NCBI GenBank assembly: GCA_964448115.1 | Contig: CAYUVA010000021.1 | Coordinates: forward strand, 1 to 63,432 | From: an uncultured bacterium | GTDB lineage: Bacteria; CAYUVA01 | Reading direction: 5' to 3' | Length of the DNA stretch: 63,432 bases | Part shown: positions 43,442 to 53,088 of the stretch, one piece after another | Layout of the letters: every line of letters begins with the position of its first letter | How positions within the stretch are numbered: position 1 is the first letter of the stretch | Program-made: the position numbers and the translations under genes | The notes under the pieces: generated by a model | What the model saw: the letters and a program-made list of their open reading frames with translations, nothing else | Database searches by the model: none | What the model was told of the DNA's origin: nothing

Positions 43442-44881
43442 ATGATGGTCATGAACGATAGTCTCCATGTACTTTTGATCCTCCCTTCATTCAGTTCCAC
43501 CATGCACTATGGAAAGCTGAGCAAGGCTGCCCCGTCATTGATACCGGTAAGCCTGGTCTATCTGGCTGCTATGCTTAAACGGGAAGGGATTAAGGTCGCT
43601 ATTATCGATGGTCAGGTCGAATCCTATACCGAGCAGGAACTAAGCAAGCGTTTGCAAGCGATGAATCCAAGAATAGTCGGCATTACCTGCATGACACCGA
43701 TATACTACGAGGCGGTCAAGACCGCTCAGGTGGTCAAGGAAACGCTACCTGAAGCCATCACGGTTGTCGGTGGAGTGCACGCAACCTTACTCCCTGAAGG
43801 TGTCATGGAAAACGAGTGCTTCGACCTCCTGATGCGAAACGAAGCTGAATATACATTTACCCGGCTCTGCAAGGCGATACTCGGCGGCGGGGATTTCCTT
43901 AGTATCGAGGGATTGACCCATCGGCAAGATGGAAGGCTGGTGCATAATCCGGATGCGCCCTTTATCACCGACCTCGATGCAATCCCCTTTCCGGCGAGGG
44001 AGCTGGTGAATATGGATCTATACCACCAGATCCCTGATGCAGTCTTTCAGCGCCCGGTGCGTTGCATCCTGACCTCGCGTGGCTGTCCGTTTCGCTGCAT
44101 ATTCTGCTCGGCAAGGCAGATGAGCGGCTTCAAGTATCGCTACCGCAGCGCCAAGAATGTGCTCGAGGAATGGGATCTGCTCGCCGAGCGCTATGGCGCC
44201 AGGCAGGTGCTTATTCTCGATGATAACTTCCTGGTCAACAGGCAGCGCACCATCGATATCTGCAACGGGCTTATCGAACGCGGTTACCATAAGCGGATCG
44301 TCTGGACGGCAGCCGGCAGGGCTGACCAGGTTGACCAGGAGTTATGTAACCTGATGAAGGAAGCTGGCTGTGTGCTTCTGTCCTTTGGTGTTGAGTCCGG
44401 CAGCGAGCGCCTGCTTGAGCTTATAAACAAGGGCTTGAAGAAGGAACGCATCATTCGGGCGGTTAAGATGGCAAAAAAAGCGGGGCTGTTGGTGCGAGGG
44501 ACCCTGATACTCGGACTCCCCACCGAGACATACCAGGAGAGCATCGAAACCATAGAGTTTGCCAAGTCACTGGGATTAGATGTGGCAAAGTTTAGCCTGG
44601 CGACCCCGTACCCGGGCACCGAGCTTTATAATATAGCAAAAAAGGAGGGGCAGCTTAGGGATGATGACTGGAGCAGATTCAGCTCAATGGCTGGATTCTC
44701 CGACTATGACCCGTCTTATGTGCCTATGGGGAGGGATCCTGCTGAGATGAAAAGGCTGCAAAAGCTGGCCACTAGGCAGTTTTACTTGCGCCCGAAGCAG
44801 ATAATGAGACTGCTTGCAAATACGCGATCCACCAAGGATCTGAAGCTGTACTTCGAGGCAGCCAGGAGCCTGTTCAAGTAA
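43442..44881 (+). CDS. Cobalamin-binding radical SAM protein
   Basis: N-terminal B12-binding domain (VGIT, VVGGVHAT), TSRGCPFRCIFC, DDNF, FGVESGS, ILGLPTET, TPYPGT. Confidence 0.9.
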   Translation: MMVMNDSLHVLLILPSFSSTMHYGKLSKAAPSLIPVSLVYLAAMLKREGIKVAIIDGQVESYTEQELSKRLQAMNPRIVGITCMTPIYYEAVKTAQVVKETLPEAITVVGGVHATLLPEGVMENECFDLLMRNEAEYTFTRLCKAILGGGDFLSIEGLTHRQDGRLVHNPDAPFITDLDAIPFPARELVNMDLYHQIPDAVFQRPVRCILTSRGCPFRCIFCSARQMSGFKYRYRSAKNVLEEWDLLAERYGARQVLILDDNFLVNRQRTIDICNGLIERGYHKRIVWTAAGRADQVDQELCNLMKEAGCVLLSFGVESGSERLLELINKGLKKERIIRAVKMAKKAGLLVRGTLILGLPTETYQESIETIEFAKSLGLDVAKFSLATPYPGTELYNIAKKEGQLRDDDWSRFSSMAGFSDYDPSYVPMGRDPAEMKRLQKLATRQFYLRPKQIMRLLANTRSTKDLKLYFEAARSLFK

Positions 44882-44911
44882 TCTTTGATCACCTAAGATT
44901 ATCAAGGAAAA

Positions 44912-45910
44912 TTGGTAAGTACAAAAACAAGGATTCCTTTAGTCTCGGTAATAATCCCAGCCTGTAACGCTGAGAACACGATATCTCAAGCCATCAAAGC
45001 CGTGAAAGCACAGGACTACCCGAGCGATAGCTTCGAGGTAATCGTGGTCGATGATGGATCCTCGGATGCAACCGCTCTAATCGCAGAAGCAGAGGGCGTA
45101 AAGGTCATCAAGCAATCGAACCAGGGAGCAGCGGCAGCGAGAAACCGGGGAGCCAAGGTAGCTAAAGGAAAGCTAATCCTTTTCACCGACGCTGACTGCG
45201 AGCCGGTGCCTAACTGGATAGCTACAATGGTTACTCGGTTCGAGGATGCAAAGGTCGCCGCCGTAAAAGGGGCTTATCTAACCAGGCAAACTAAACTGAC
45301 CCCCAGATTCGTGCAACTGGAGTATGAGGATAAGTATCAACGAATGCGAAGGTTCGAGACCATCGACTTCATCGACACTTACTCGGCTGGGTTCAGACAT
45401 GATGTCTTCATCAACGAAGGTGGCTACGATACAAGCTTCCCCAGTGCATCGGTCGAAGACCAGGAGTTCTCCTTCAGGCTGGCGAAGAAGGGCTACCGGA
45501 TGGTCTTTGAGCCTGGGGCTATAGTATTTCATCGCCATGCACAATCGCTATCTGATTATTTCAAAAAGAAGTTCAAGATCGGCTACTGGAAGGTCTTTTT
45601 GCTGCTTAAGCACCCGGAAAAGGTGGTCGCAGACTCTCATACCCCGCAAACGCTCAAGATACAGATGCTCATTGCATGTATCATCATTGCTACCGCTATC
45701 ATACTGGCAGCCTTCGGCGTTGGCTTATGGTTGATTTTAGCATCGATGCTGATATACCTAGTGCTGGATCTTCCGCTGGTGTCAGCATCGGTAAAGAAGG
45801 ATCCCCTGCCTGCGCTACTGGCACCTGTTTATACTTTCGTCCGCTCGGTCGCGCTAGGGGCAGGGATGCTGAAGGGATTGCTCGATTTCGTGATCTTAAA
45901 AAAGAGATGA
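44912..45910 (+). CDS. GT2 glycosyltransferase with C-terminal TM helices
   Basis: SVIIPACN, VVDDGSSD, AAARNRG, FTDADC, EDQEF. Confidence 0.88.
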   Translation: MVSTKTRIPLVSVIIPACNAENTISQAIKAVKAQDYPSDSFEVIVVDDGSSDATALIAEAEGVKVIKQSNQGAAAARNRGAKVAKGKLILFTDADCEPVPNWIATMVTRFEDAKVAAVKGAYLTRQTKLTPRFVQLEYEDKYQRMRRFETIDFIDTYSAGFRHDVFINEGGYDTSFPSASVEDQEFSFRLAKKGYRMVFEPGAIVFHRHAQSLSDYFKKKFKIGYWKVFLLLKHPEKVVADSHTPQTLKIQMLIACIIIATAIILAAFGVGLWLILASMLIYLVLDLPLVSASVKKDPLPALLAPVYTFVRSVALGAGMLKGLLDFVILKKR

Positions 45911-47322
45911 ATAAGCGCCAACAAATATTTCCGAGCATTGTTATCGGCTTATGCGACTTGCTAATTGTAAATGCAGCCTTTGTTATCAGCTATTACCTGC
46001 GTTTCGTGATGGAGCTTTCCCCGCTCGAATACCCCAAGGCGCCCTTTGAGGAGTATGTCAAGGCGCTGTTATTGGTGAACTATATTTATCTTTTCCTGTT
46101 TACCGTTTTCGGCTTTTACAAGAAAGAGCCATCAACGGAGAGCATAGTCATCATAAACCGTATCGTGAAGGCGGTATCCATCGGCACTGTATTTTTGGTC
46201 TCGCTAACCTTCTTTTACAGGGAGTTCTCTTATTCTAGACTGGTGGTTCTTTATTCATGGGCGATAAGCATCATCGGGATTTCCCTGTACCGCATCCTGC
46301 TTGGTAGGCTCGAACGCTTCTTGATGCGCAAGGGCAAGTATAGCAAGCAAAGCCTCATAATCGGCAGCGGGCAGATGGCGAATATGCTCGTTGAGAAGCT
46401 GAAAAGCCAGCCGGAGCTTGGCTTCAGAATCGTTGATACCATTGCAGTCGAGAAAGCTGGCGACCACCAAGGCGAGGGTATGAAAAAACAACCTTTAGAG
46501 CAACTCAAGGCATTGATGGAAAAACATCAAATCAACACGGTTTTCATCGCCGAGCCATCGCTTTCTCACTTCGATCTACTTGAGATCATAAATACCTGCG
46601 AGGAGCATGATCTGAACATAATTCTAGTGCCCGCTATTTACGATCTTTTGATAAATTACAGCGATCTATCGACCTTGAACGGCATCCCGCTGGTGAGCCT
46701 CAGTGAGCGCCCTTTATCGACCTTTTCGCTCATCGTAAAGAGGGTATTCGACATTTTATTCTCGCTTGGAGTCATCATCTTGACCCTGCCCTTTTACCCT
46801 CTGATTGCGCTTGCCATAAGTCTCGACTCCAAGGGACCGGTATTCTTCAGGCAGCGTCGCGCCGGACTAGACGGCAAGGAGTTCACCATGATCAAGTTCA
46901 GGACCATGGTTGTCGATGCCGAGAAGCGGCTCAGGGAGCTGGTGGATATGGACAACCTGCCTGAGCCAGTCTTCAAGCTCAAGGAGGATCCACGAATTAC
47001 CAGGGTGGGACGCTTTCTTCGCCGTTTCAGCCTCGATGAGCTTCCCCAGTTCTTCAATGTTCTGATTGGTGAGATGAGCGTTGTAGGTCCGCGCCCCGAG
47101 GAGACCGAGCTAGTCAAGCAGTACAATGTCTGGCAGAAAAGAAGGCTCAAGATTCGTCCCGGAATTACCGGCTTGCAGCAGATAACCTGCCGGGGCACCA
47201 CCAGCCTTGCTGAGCGCGTCAAGTACGATGTTTACTACATCCGCAGGCAATCCTTGGTGCTTGATTTATATATCATCCTAAAGACATTGTTGGTGATTAT
47301 CTCCGGCAAGGGGTATCTGTAA
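45907..47322 (+). CDS. Priming polyprenyl-phosphate glycosyl-1-phosphate transferase (WcaJ/WbaP family)
   Basis: Likely start ATG 45907 overlapping the upstream TGA; four TM helices, nucleotide-binding-like domain, KRVFD, KFRTM, DPRITRVGRFLRRFSLDELPQ, MSVVGPRPE, PGITG. Confidence 0.92.
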   Translation: MNKRQQIFPSIVIGLCDLLIVNAAFVISYYLRFVMELSPLEYPKAPFEEYVKALLLVNYIYLFLFTVFGFYKKEPSTESIVIINRIVKAVSIGTVFLVSLTFFYREFSYSRLVVLYSWAISIIGISLYRILLGRLERFLMRKGKYSKQSLIIGSGQMANMLVEKLKSQPELGFRIVDTIAVEKAGDHQGEGMKKQPLEQLKALMEKHQINTVFIAEPSLSHFDLLEIINTCEEHDLNIILVPAIYDLLINYSDLSTLNGIPLVSLSERPLSTFSLIVKRVFDILFSLGVIILTLPFYPLIALAISLDSKGPVFFRQRRAGLDGKEFTMIKFRTMVVDAEKRLRELVDMDNLPEPVFKLKEDPRITRVGRFLRRFSLDELPQFFNVLIGEMSVVGPRPEETELVKQYNVWQKRRLKIRPGITGLQQITCRGTTSLAERVKYDVYYIRRQSLVLDLYIILKTLLVIISGKGYL

Positions 47323-47324
47323 CC

Positions 47325-47437
47325 CCAGATTCTCGGTTCGAAATCTAGGGTGCCGGAATGACAAGGAAAGGGTGTTATCCCATCTCTGTCATTCCCGCCC
47401 TGCATCAAGGGTGGGGTAAACTCCGGCGGGAATCCAG
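47325..47437. repeat. REP-like GTCATTCCCG...CGGGAATCCAG element; related copies near 43285-43330 and 61175-61258
   Basis: GGAATGACA/TGTCATTCC and TTCCCGCC/GGCGGGAA inverted pairs; GGGAATCC or its complement recurs in the other two intergenic regions. Confidence 0.6.
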
Positions 47438-47560
47438 TAATCACGGGCAGTGATAGAGGAGAGGAAAAGCCCCGCTCCCCTCGGCACTCTCATAAGGGGC
47501 TTGAATAAGAATTGGGTTTGTTATATACAGGCAAGGAAAAGATAAGCATCATCAAGGAAT

Positions 47561-49297
47561 ATGATTATGGATTATAGAAAACGCGGACTTTTCATGTTAA
47601 CGGCATTCAGCCTATTATTATCGTGTTACTGTACCTGCGGTGCATCGATGTTCTCCTTTGCTATCGAGACTGAGACGGCTACCCAGACGCCGACAGGGAT
47701 GCCTAGCAATACTCCAACGCCGACAGCGACCGAGGAACCGACATCCACCCCTACGCCAACGCCTATGGACCCGCCAGGTCTTTTGGTGCCCGAAGACGAG
47801 GCTCGCTTCGGTTACAATAGTGTACCACCCTTATTCGAGTGGGAACAATCGAGCAATGCAGCCTACTATGTTATTCAGATATCAGCCAGTGAAACCTTCG
47901 ATATCAATGCAAGCGCCAGTTTCTACACCGAGGCAACCAGTCTCGACCTCGGCTTCTTCATTCCCCGAGGAGCCTGGAGCAATATTGCCATAACCTTATA
48001 CTGGCGGGTTGCTTATGTGGATGCTCAGGACAACACCAGCGATTACAGCCCAAGCAGGGTACTATACAAGACCGATATCATCCCTCCTGAGCCTCTGAAG
48101 CCTGCCGACGATGCACGCTATGGCGCCCCTAGCGTGCCGGCTGTTCTCTCCTGGAGCCAAGGAGTTGGAAGCATCGCTAACTACATGGTTCAGGTGAGCA
48201 TCGACGAGGACTTTGCTTCAGAATCGAGCGGAACGCTGATTGCAATGGAAAATTGGCTCGACCTGGCAACGGTCATCGACCAGCAGACCTGGGACGCACT
48301 TAAACTCAAGCTCTATTGGCGGGTCTGTGCCATTGATTTCCAAGCACGACCAAGCCCTTGGAGCCATGCTAACTATTTCTACAAATCGACCCTGCCAAGC
48401 CCCAATCTTCTGATGCCAAGCAATGCCTATCGTTTCGGCGCAAGGGAAGAGCCGATGACCAGGCTGCAATGGGGAGAGGTGGATGGTGCGCAGTCGTACA
48501 TGGTCGAGTTTGCACGAGATGAGCGATTCAAACACCCGCTCGGTTCGATCATCGTCTCTGGTACCGAGCTTGACTTTACCCCTTATTTTGACCTGAATAG
48601 CTGGTATATTTTCCATGGGAGGTATTACTGGCGGGTCTGTGCAATAGATAATGACTGGCTTTATGGTCCCTACAGTTCAGCCTGGGAGTTTAGCAAAAAT
48701 CGCTGGCAGAGGTACGCTGCCTACGGCGACAGCATTACCATGGGATATGGGGTGGAATACTACGAGATGGGCTGTTTCTGCGGATACCCGCCGCTGCTAC
48801 TGGCTGAGCTTAGGGAACATTATGGCTCGCAGGTTCAGATTGTGCTGTGGGGACTGGGGGGCGCAAAAAGCAAGGATGGATATGATACAGCAGAATTATT
48901 GTTGAAGAACGACTTTGTCAGCCACATACTTATCCTGTTCGGCATAAACGATATTGTTGATTCCGGCAACTGCGATCCCCCATTCGAATGTCGCACCGTT
49001 GAACACCTCAATAACATAATAAAGCTTGCTCGAAGCTATAAGGCACAGCCGTATGTTGGACAGCTCATACCTGTAAATCCAGAGGGCGGACAGGCGATAC
49101 ACCAGGATAATGTGGATGCGATGAACCGCCAGATCAGGGTATTGGCTACCCTTTCCGATACTCCCTGCGCGGATCTAAATACCCCCTTCTGGGAGGCTGC
49201 AAGCGATATATCGATCTTCTTCAAGGACTGGGGACATCCCAACGACATGGGATATGCTATCATGACCATCGGATGGCTGAGCGTGCTAGCTCCATGA
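47561..49297 (+). CDS. Secreted SGNH/GDSL hydrolase with three FN3/Ig-like repeats
   Basis: Signal peptide, TPTP linker, three ~100-aa repeats ending YWRV.A.D, then YGDSIT, GIND, DWGHP. Confidence 0.85.
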   Translation: MIMDYRKRGLFMLTAFSLLLSCYCTCGASMFSFAIETETATQTPTGMPSNTPTPTATEEPTSTPTPTPMDPPGLLVPEDEARFGYNSVPPLFEWEQSSNAAYYVIQISASETFDINASASFYTEATSLDLGFFIPRGAWSNIAITLYWRVAYVDAQDNTSDYSPSRVLYKTDIIPPEPLKPADDARYGAPSVPAVLSWSQGVGSIANYMVQVSIDEDFASESSGTLIAMENWLDLATVIDQQTWDALKLKLYWRVCAIDFQARPSPWSHANYFYKSTLPSPNLLMPSNAYRFGAREEPMTRLQWGEVDGAQSYMVEFARDERFKHPLGSIIVSGTELDFTPYFDLNSWYIFHGRYYWRVCAIDNDWLYGPYSSAWEFSKNRWQRYAAYGDSITMGYGVEYYEMGCFCGYPPLLLAELREHYGSQVQIVLWGLGGAKSKDGYDTAELLLKNDFVSHILILFGINDIVDSGNCDPPFECRTVEHLNNIIKLARSYKAQPYVGQLIPVNPEGGQAIHQDNVDAMNRQIRVLATLSDTPCADLNTPFWEAASDISIFFKDWGHPNDMGYAIMTIGWLSVLAP

Positions 49298-49308
49298 TCT
49301 AAATAAAT

Positions 49309-50271
49309 ATGCAAAACGAGCAGAAGCTTCCCGAAGTCTCAATTATTATCTGTACCCATAACCGAAGCGAGTTATGTCACCAGGCGGTAATGAACGTAAT
49401 TGAAAGATGTCCGCCAGCAATAATCCCTTACGAAGTGATCATAGTGGATAACTTCTCCACCGACAATACGAAGGTGATGGCTTGCCAGTTGGAAAGTCAA
49501 TTTAGGGGTATAGTTCGCTATATATACGAACCGAAGCTCGGATTATCCAATGCAAGGAATCGAGGGATATCTGAAGCGAAGGCAACTAAGCTGATCGTCT
49601 TTCTGGACGATGATGCACAGGTTACGCAAGGATGGCTTCAGGGATTGGTTGCGGTCTTCGAGCAACATGATGATGCAGTCGCCTGCGGTGGAAGGGTGGA
49701 ACCGCTATTCGCCCAATACCCACCGCCCAGTTACATTGAGGGTAAGGCTTATGAGTACCTGGGCAAATATGATCTCGGCGACGAGATAACTCCCTGCCAG
49801 TGGATACCGGGAGGCAACTGTGCATTTCGCAAGGAATTGCTTTTGGAGGTGGATGGGTTCGATGAGCGGCTGGGGAGGAGGGGAAGCAAGCCTACCTTAA
49901 GCGGTGAGGAGACATACCTGCTCAAACAGCTCATCCAGAAAACAGGCGGTAGGTTGTATTATACGCCTAAAGCCAAGATCTATCACCATATATCCCCCGA
50001 ACGCACCAGAATACGCAATATGTGCCTGCTCTATTATGGGCAGGGGAGAAGCAAGTTTACCCTGGAAGCCTTGGAGTTTCCAATAAACCGCGTTATTTGT
50101 AGAAACCTGCTGATAATTTCGCTGCTAAGAGTAATTAAAAGAGCTATAAAAATTACCTTTAATATTCTTCTTTTAAGCAAGGACAAAGCAATCAAGGATC
50201 TCTTTCATGCCTGCTTTCATCTTGGATACGCTATTTCAGCCATGAGATGGGAATCGCCAGAGTGCTCATAA
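49309..50271 (+). CDS. GT2 glycosyltransferase
   Basis: SIIICTHNR, IVDNFSTD, GLSNARNRG, FLDDD, GEE. Confidence 0.88.
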   Translation: MQNEQKLPEVSIIICTHNRSELCHQAVMNVIERCPPAIIPYEVIIVDNFSTDNTKVMACQLESQFRGIVRYIYEPKLGLSNARNRGISEAKATKLIVFLDDDAQVTQGWLQGLVAVFEQHDDAVACGGRVEPLFAQYPPPSYIEGKAYEYLGKYDLGDEITPCQWIPGGNCAFRKELLLEVDGFDERLGRRGSKPTLSGEETYLLKQLIQKTGGRLYYTPKAKIYHHISPERTRIRNMCLLYYGQGRSKFTLEALEFPINRVICRNLLIISLLRVIKRAIKITFNILLLSKDKAIKDLFHACFHLGYAISAMRWESPECS

Positions 50272-50286
50272 TAACTTGCAGGTTAG

Positions 50287-51270
50287 CTAGCGTGGATCGA
50301 CAAGTATCGATTGTCTTATGAAATGAACCAAAAAGACAATGAGGATCGACACCATCAGCCCGCTCAAAGCTATTACCACGCCCCATTGAAGCCTTGCCGG
50401 CGTATGTTTTTTTATGCTGATTGTGCCGATATTGCTCGACTCTTTTGCACTCAACTTCGCTTGATCGACATAAGCCTGGAAGCGAAAATAGTCTCTTTGC
50501 TCGACTGAGATCACGGAGAGCAGCGCCTCCCACTCGCTTAGCTTCTCCGAGTATTGCTCAGCCAGCGATAAGATAGATTTATGCTGCTCTATTTCTCTTT
50601 GAAGCTCGGCAAGCCTTTTTTCGATATTTTGTCTTTCTTTGGATGAGACATCCTCTGTCAGGCGCACAAGCAGCTCTCCCTTCAGTTCGAGGAGGCTTTC
50701 GTACTCGATACTCCAAGCTTGGGGAGTGTATCTATCTCTTAGCTTATTGAGCTGCGATGAAAGCTCGGTCTTTGTATTTTGCAAGGAATTAAGCCGTTGA
50801 GCGCTGGCAGCAGCCAGTTCTTCATATACGGTAACTATGTAGTTTCCAGTCTTTTGGGCGATAGTTTCGGCAAATATCTTGGCTTGTCGTTCGACAGGGA
50901 GGTTCGCTCGTATGATATATTTGTTTATGTTTCCGTCGAATTTCGCTTGGATAGTCTCTGCAATCATCAAAGGATTGAGCTGCAATGATGGATCTTTAGA
51001 TTTTAACTCCTCAGCAAGGGAGTTAATAAACTCCAGCCCCTGTACATATTCATCGAAGAAATAGAACCTCCAGGGCGAGTCCTCCCTTATTTTATCGAGA
51101 TCGACTGCTATCTCTGCCGTATAGTAGGTATCCATCATGGCAGATAATATCGTTGCGCATAAGATGCTGAACAAGACCAAGACAACTAACAGCCAACGGT
51201 AGTTCAGAAGCACATTAAGATAATCACCAAGCGTCGGGTATTTTTGATCCATTTCGGGCATATCGCTCAT
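50287..51270 (-). CDS. Wzz/polysaccharide co-polymerase-like protein
   Basis: TM helices near both termini, L.DYL.VL..Y.W and Y.A motifs, central coiled coil. Confidence 0.7.
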   Translation of the reverse strand: MSDMPEMDQKYPTLGDYLNVLLNYRWLLVVLVLFSILCATILSAMMDTYYTAEIAVDLDKIREDSPWRFYFFDEYVQGLEFINSLAEELKSKDPSLQLNPLMIAETIQAKFDGNINKYIIRANLPVERQAKIFAETIAQKTGNYIVTVYEELAAASAQRLNSLQNTKTELSSQLNKLRDRYTPQAWSIEYESLLELKGELLVRLTEDVSSKERQNIEKRLAELQREIEQHKSILSLAEQYSEKLSEWEALLSVISVEQRDYFRFQAYVDQAKLSAKESSNIGTISIKKHTPARLQWGVVIALSGLMVSILIVFLVHFIRQSILVDPR

Positions 51271-51390
51271 ATTTTATGTTATCACCCTTTTTTAAAATAA
51301 TGCAAGAACATTGAAGGATATGGTGTTATCCTTCATATAAATCGTAATATCGATTGTGTCCCTGGTGCCAGCCTGAGCGTAGATCGAAAC

Positions 51391-51945
51391 CTACCTCCCG
51401 AAGACGAGCTTGCCGCCTAGGTATCCGAGGACTCCGACCATGCCGCTCGCACAACCTAATATAACCAGGTATATATAGCTCAGGAAGCCCTTGTTTATGA
51501 CGATATTCGGGGATACCGAGTGAAGGAATATCAACACGAGACCTACCACGGTCAAGGCGATGCCCAGCTTGATCTTCAGCGGAAAGATGCTGCTTGTACC
51601 CTTTTTATACAAGATTATCCAATCGAGCATCCCGGATAGAAGCGTCAGCGGCGCAGCTATTGTCCCTGCGATGACCATATAAAATGATACGCACTCGAAC
51701 TTGGGATTGCCATAGAGCATGTACAGAATGAGAAACAACAGCGACACTGGGAATAGAGCGTTGGGCAGATGGGACATTATGGGGTGCAGGTGAAAACGGC
51801 TTAACAGGTACTCCAAGCCGAAGCTCTCTTGCTTTTCTTCCAAAAGGACAAATTTGGACTTATCAGCCTTGCATACCGGGCAGATCTCAGGCGGCTCATC
51901 GCCGACATGGATGTAACCGCAAACCGTGCATTTCCATTTCTTCAT
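51391..51945 (-). CDS. Rubredoxin-like domain fused to a DUF2231-like membrane domain
   Basis: Start at MKKWKC after AAGGAG; CTVCGY...CPVC; HPIMSHLP, SG..DW, four TM helices, GYLGGKLVF. Confidence 0.8.
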   Translation of the reverse strand: MKKWKCTVCGYIHVGDEPPEICPVCKADKSKFVLLEEKQESFGLEYLLSRFHLHPIMSHLPNALFPVSLLFLILYMLYGNPKFECVSFYMVIAGTIAAPLTLLSGMLDWIILYKKGTSSIFPLKIKLGIALTVVGLVLIFLHSVSPNIVINKGFLSYIYLVILGCASGMVGVLGYLGGKLVFGR

Positions 51946-52066
51946 AAGAAATTGCTCCTTTACCAAGTAATTCTATTGGCTTTTATTGAAAACAGGTATC
52001 ATTGTCAATGTCAGCAGGTGTGATATAATAAGATAGATTAACACTAGAAATCTCAAGGAGAATACC

Positions 52067-52939
52067 ATGACAGCAAAGTCTATCAGCCTGCTTGGCATCA
52101 TGGTACTTGCAGCGGCGCTTGTGGGTTGCGAGTCCGGCAGCGATTCCAATAACGGCAACGGGGATGAGGTCTCCTATACGGTGAATATTCAGGCTTCAGC
52201 TACATATATAGAGGGACCTCCCCAGAATGTGCACCTGACCGCTATTGTTTATGACCAGGATAACAACGAGGTTACCGAGTGGACGCCAACCTGGACGGCA
52301 GACGGCGGCACACTAAGCTCCGAGGCTGGCTTCGAGGTCGATTGGCTTTCGCCCGAGCTTATGGGGTCTTATCGGATCACAGCAAAGATTACCGATGACA
52401 AGGGACGAACAGCCGAGGGCTTTGTGATCATCGATGTTTACAATGTGATCTGGCCTCTCAAGGAGGGCAACTTCTGGCGATACTTCTGCGCCGAGGTTGA
52501 AAGGGAAAACTACACCATGGAGGTGGTCGGCTTCGAGACGGTGCACGATACCTATTGCGCTGTGGTCTATTACCAGTACCCGACGCCGGATCAGTATCCC
52601 TACAAGTACTTCATCAACTTCACCACCGGTTTGTGGTTCTACGGCGAGCGAGATAATCCCCGCTACGAGCCTGGATTGCGCTATATGTTCCCTGGCCCAG
52701 TGGGCGCTGAGTGGTACTATGGCGAGTACCGCTTCAAGATTGTGGGAAAGGACCTGACCGTGGTTACCCCTGCTGGTGTCTTTGAGGGATGTTATCAGTA
52801 CAAGAGAACCTATCACGAGTTCGAGGAGAGCTGGGAGGATCACTATCTATGCCCCAATGTCGGCATTGTGAAGATAGATCGCTATGTCTATTACAACTTC
52901 GTCTCCAGCAGCCAGTTGTTAACCTATACGCTTAATTAA
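52067..52939 (+). CDS. Lipoprotein (Ig-like domain plus a beta-rich domain with a TPAG.F motif)
   Basis: AAGGAG SD, lipobox LVGC, WPL..GN.W.Y, VVTPAGVFEGC, PNVGIVK. Confidence 0.75.
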   Translation: MTAKSISLLGIMVLAAALVGCESGSDSNNGNGDEVSYTVNIQASATYIEGPPQNVHLTAIVYDQDNNEVTEWTPTWTADGGTLSSEAGFEVDWLSPELMGSYRITAKITDDKGRTAEGFVIIDVYNVIWPLKEGNFWRYFCAEVERENYTMEVVGFETVHDTYCAVVYYQYPTPDQYPYKYFINFTTGLWFYGERDNPRYEPGLRYMFPGPVGAEWYYGEYRFKIVGKDLTVVTPAGVFEGCYQYKRTYHEFEESWEDHYLCPNVGIVKIDRYVYYNFVSSSQLLTYTLN

Positions 52940-53088
52940 GTTAGGCGGTAGAGCGGTTGGTACACGATCTCCCGACAAGGTCGGGGATTTTATAGGGGCT
53001 AAGAATAAATTTACTCCCTCATGGCAAGGAAAATCTGCAGGCTGATCCAAGGGTTCAATGCCCTCGCAGATGATGTATAATTCAAGCC

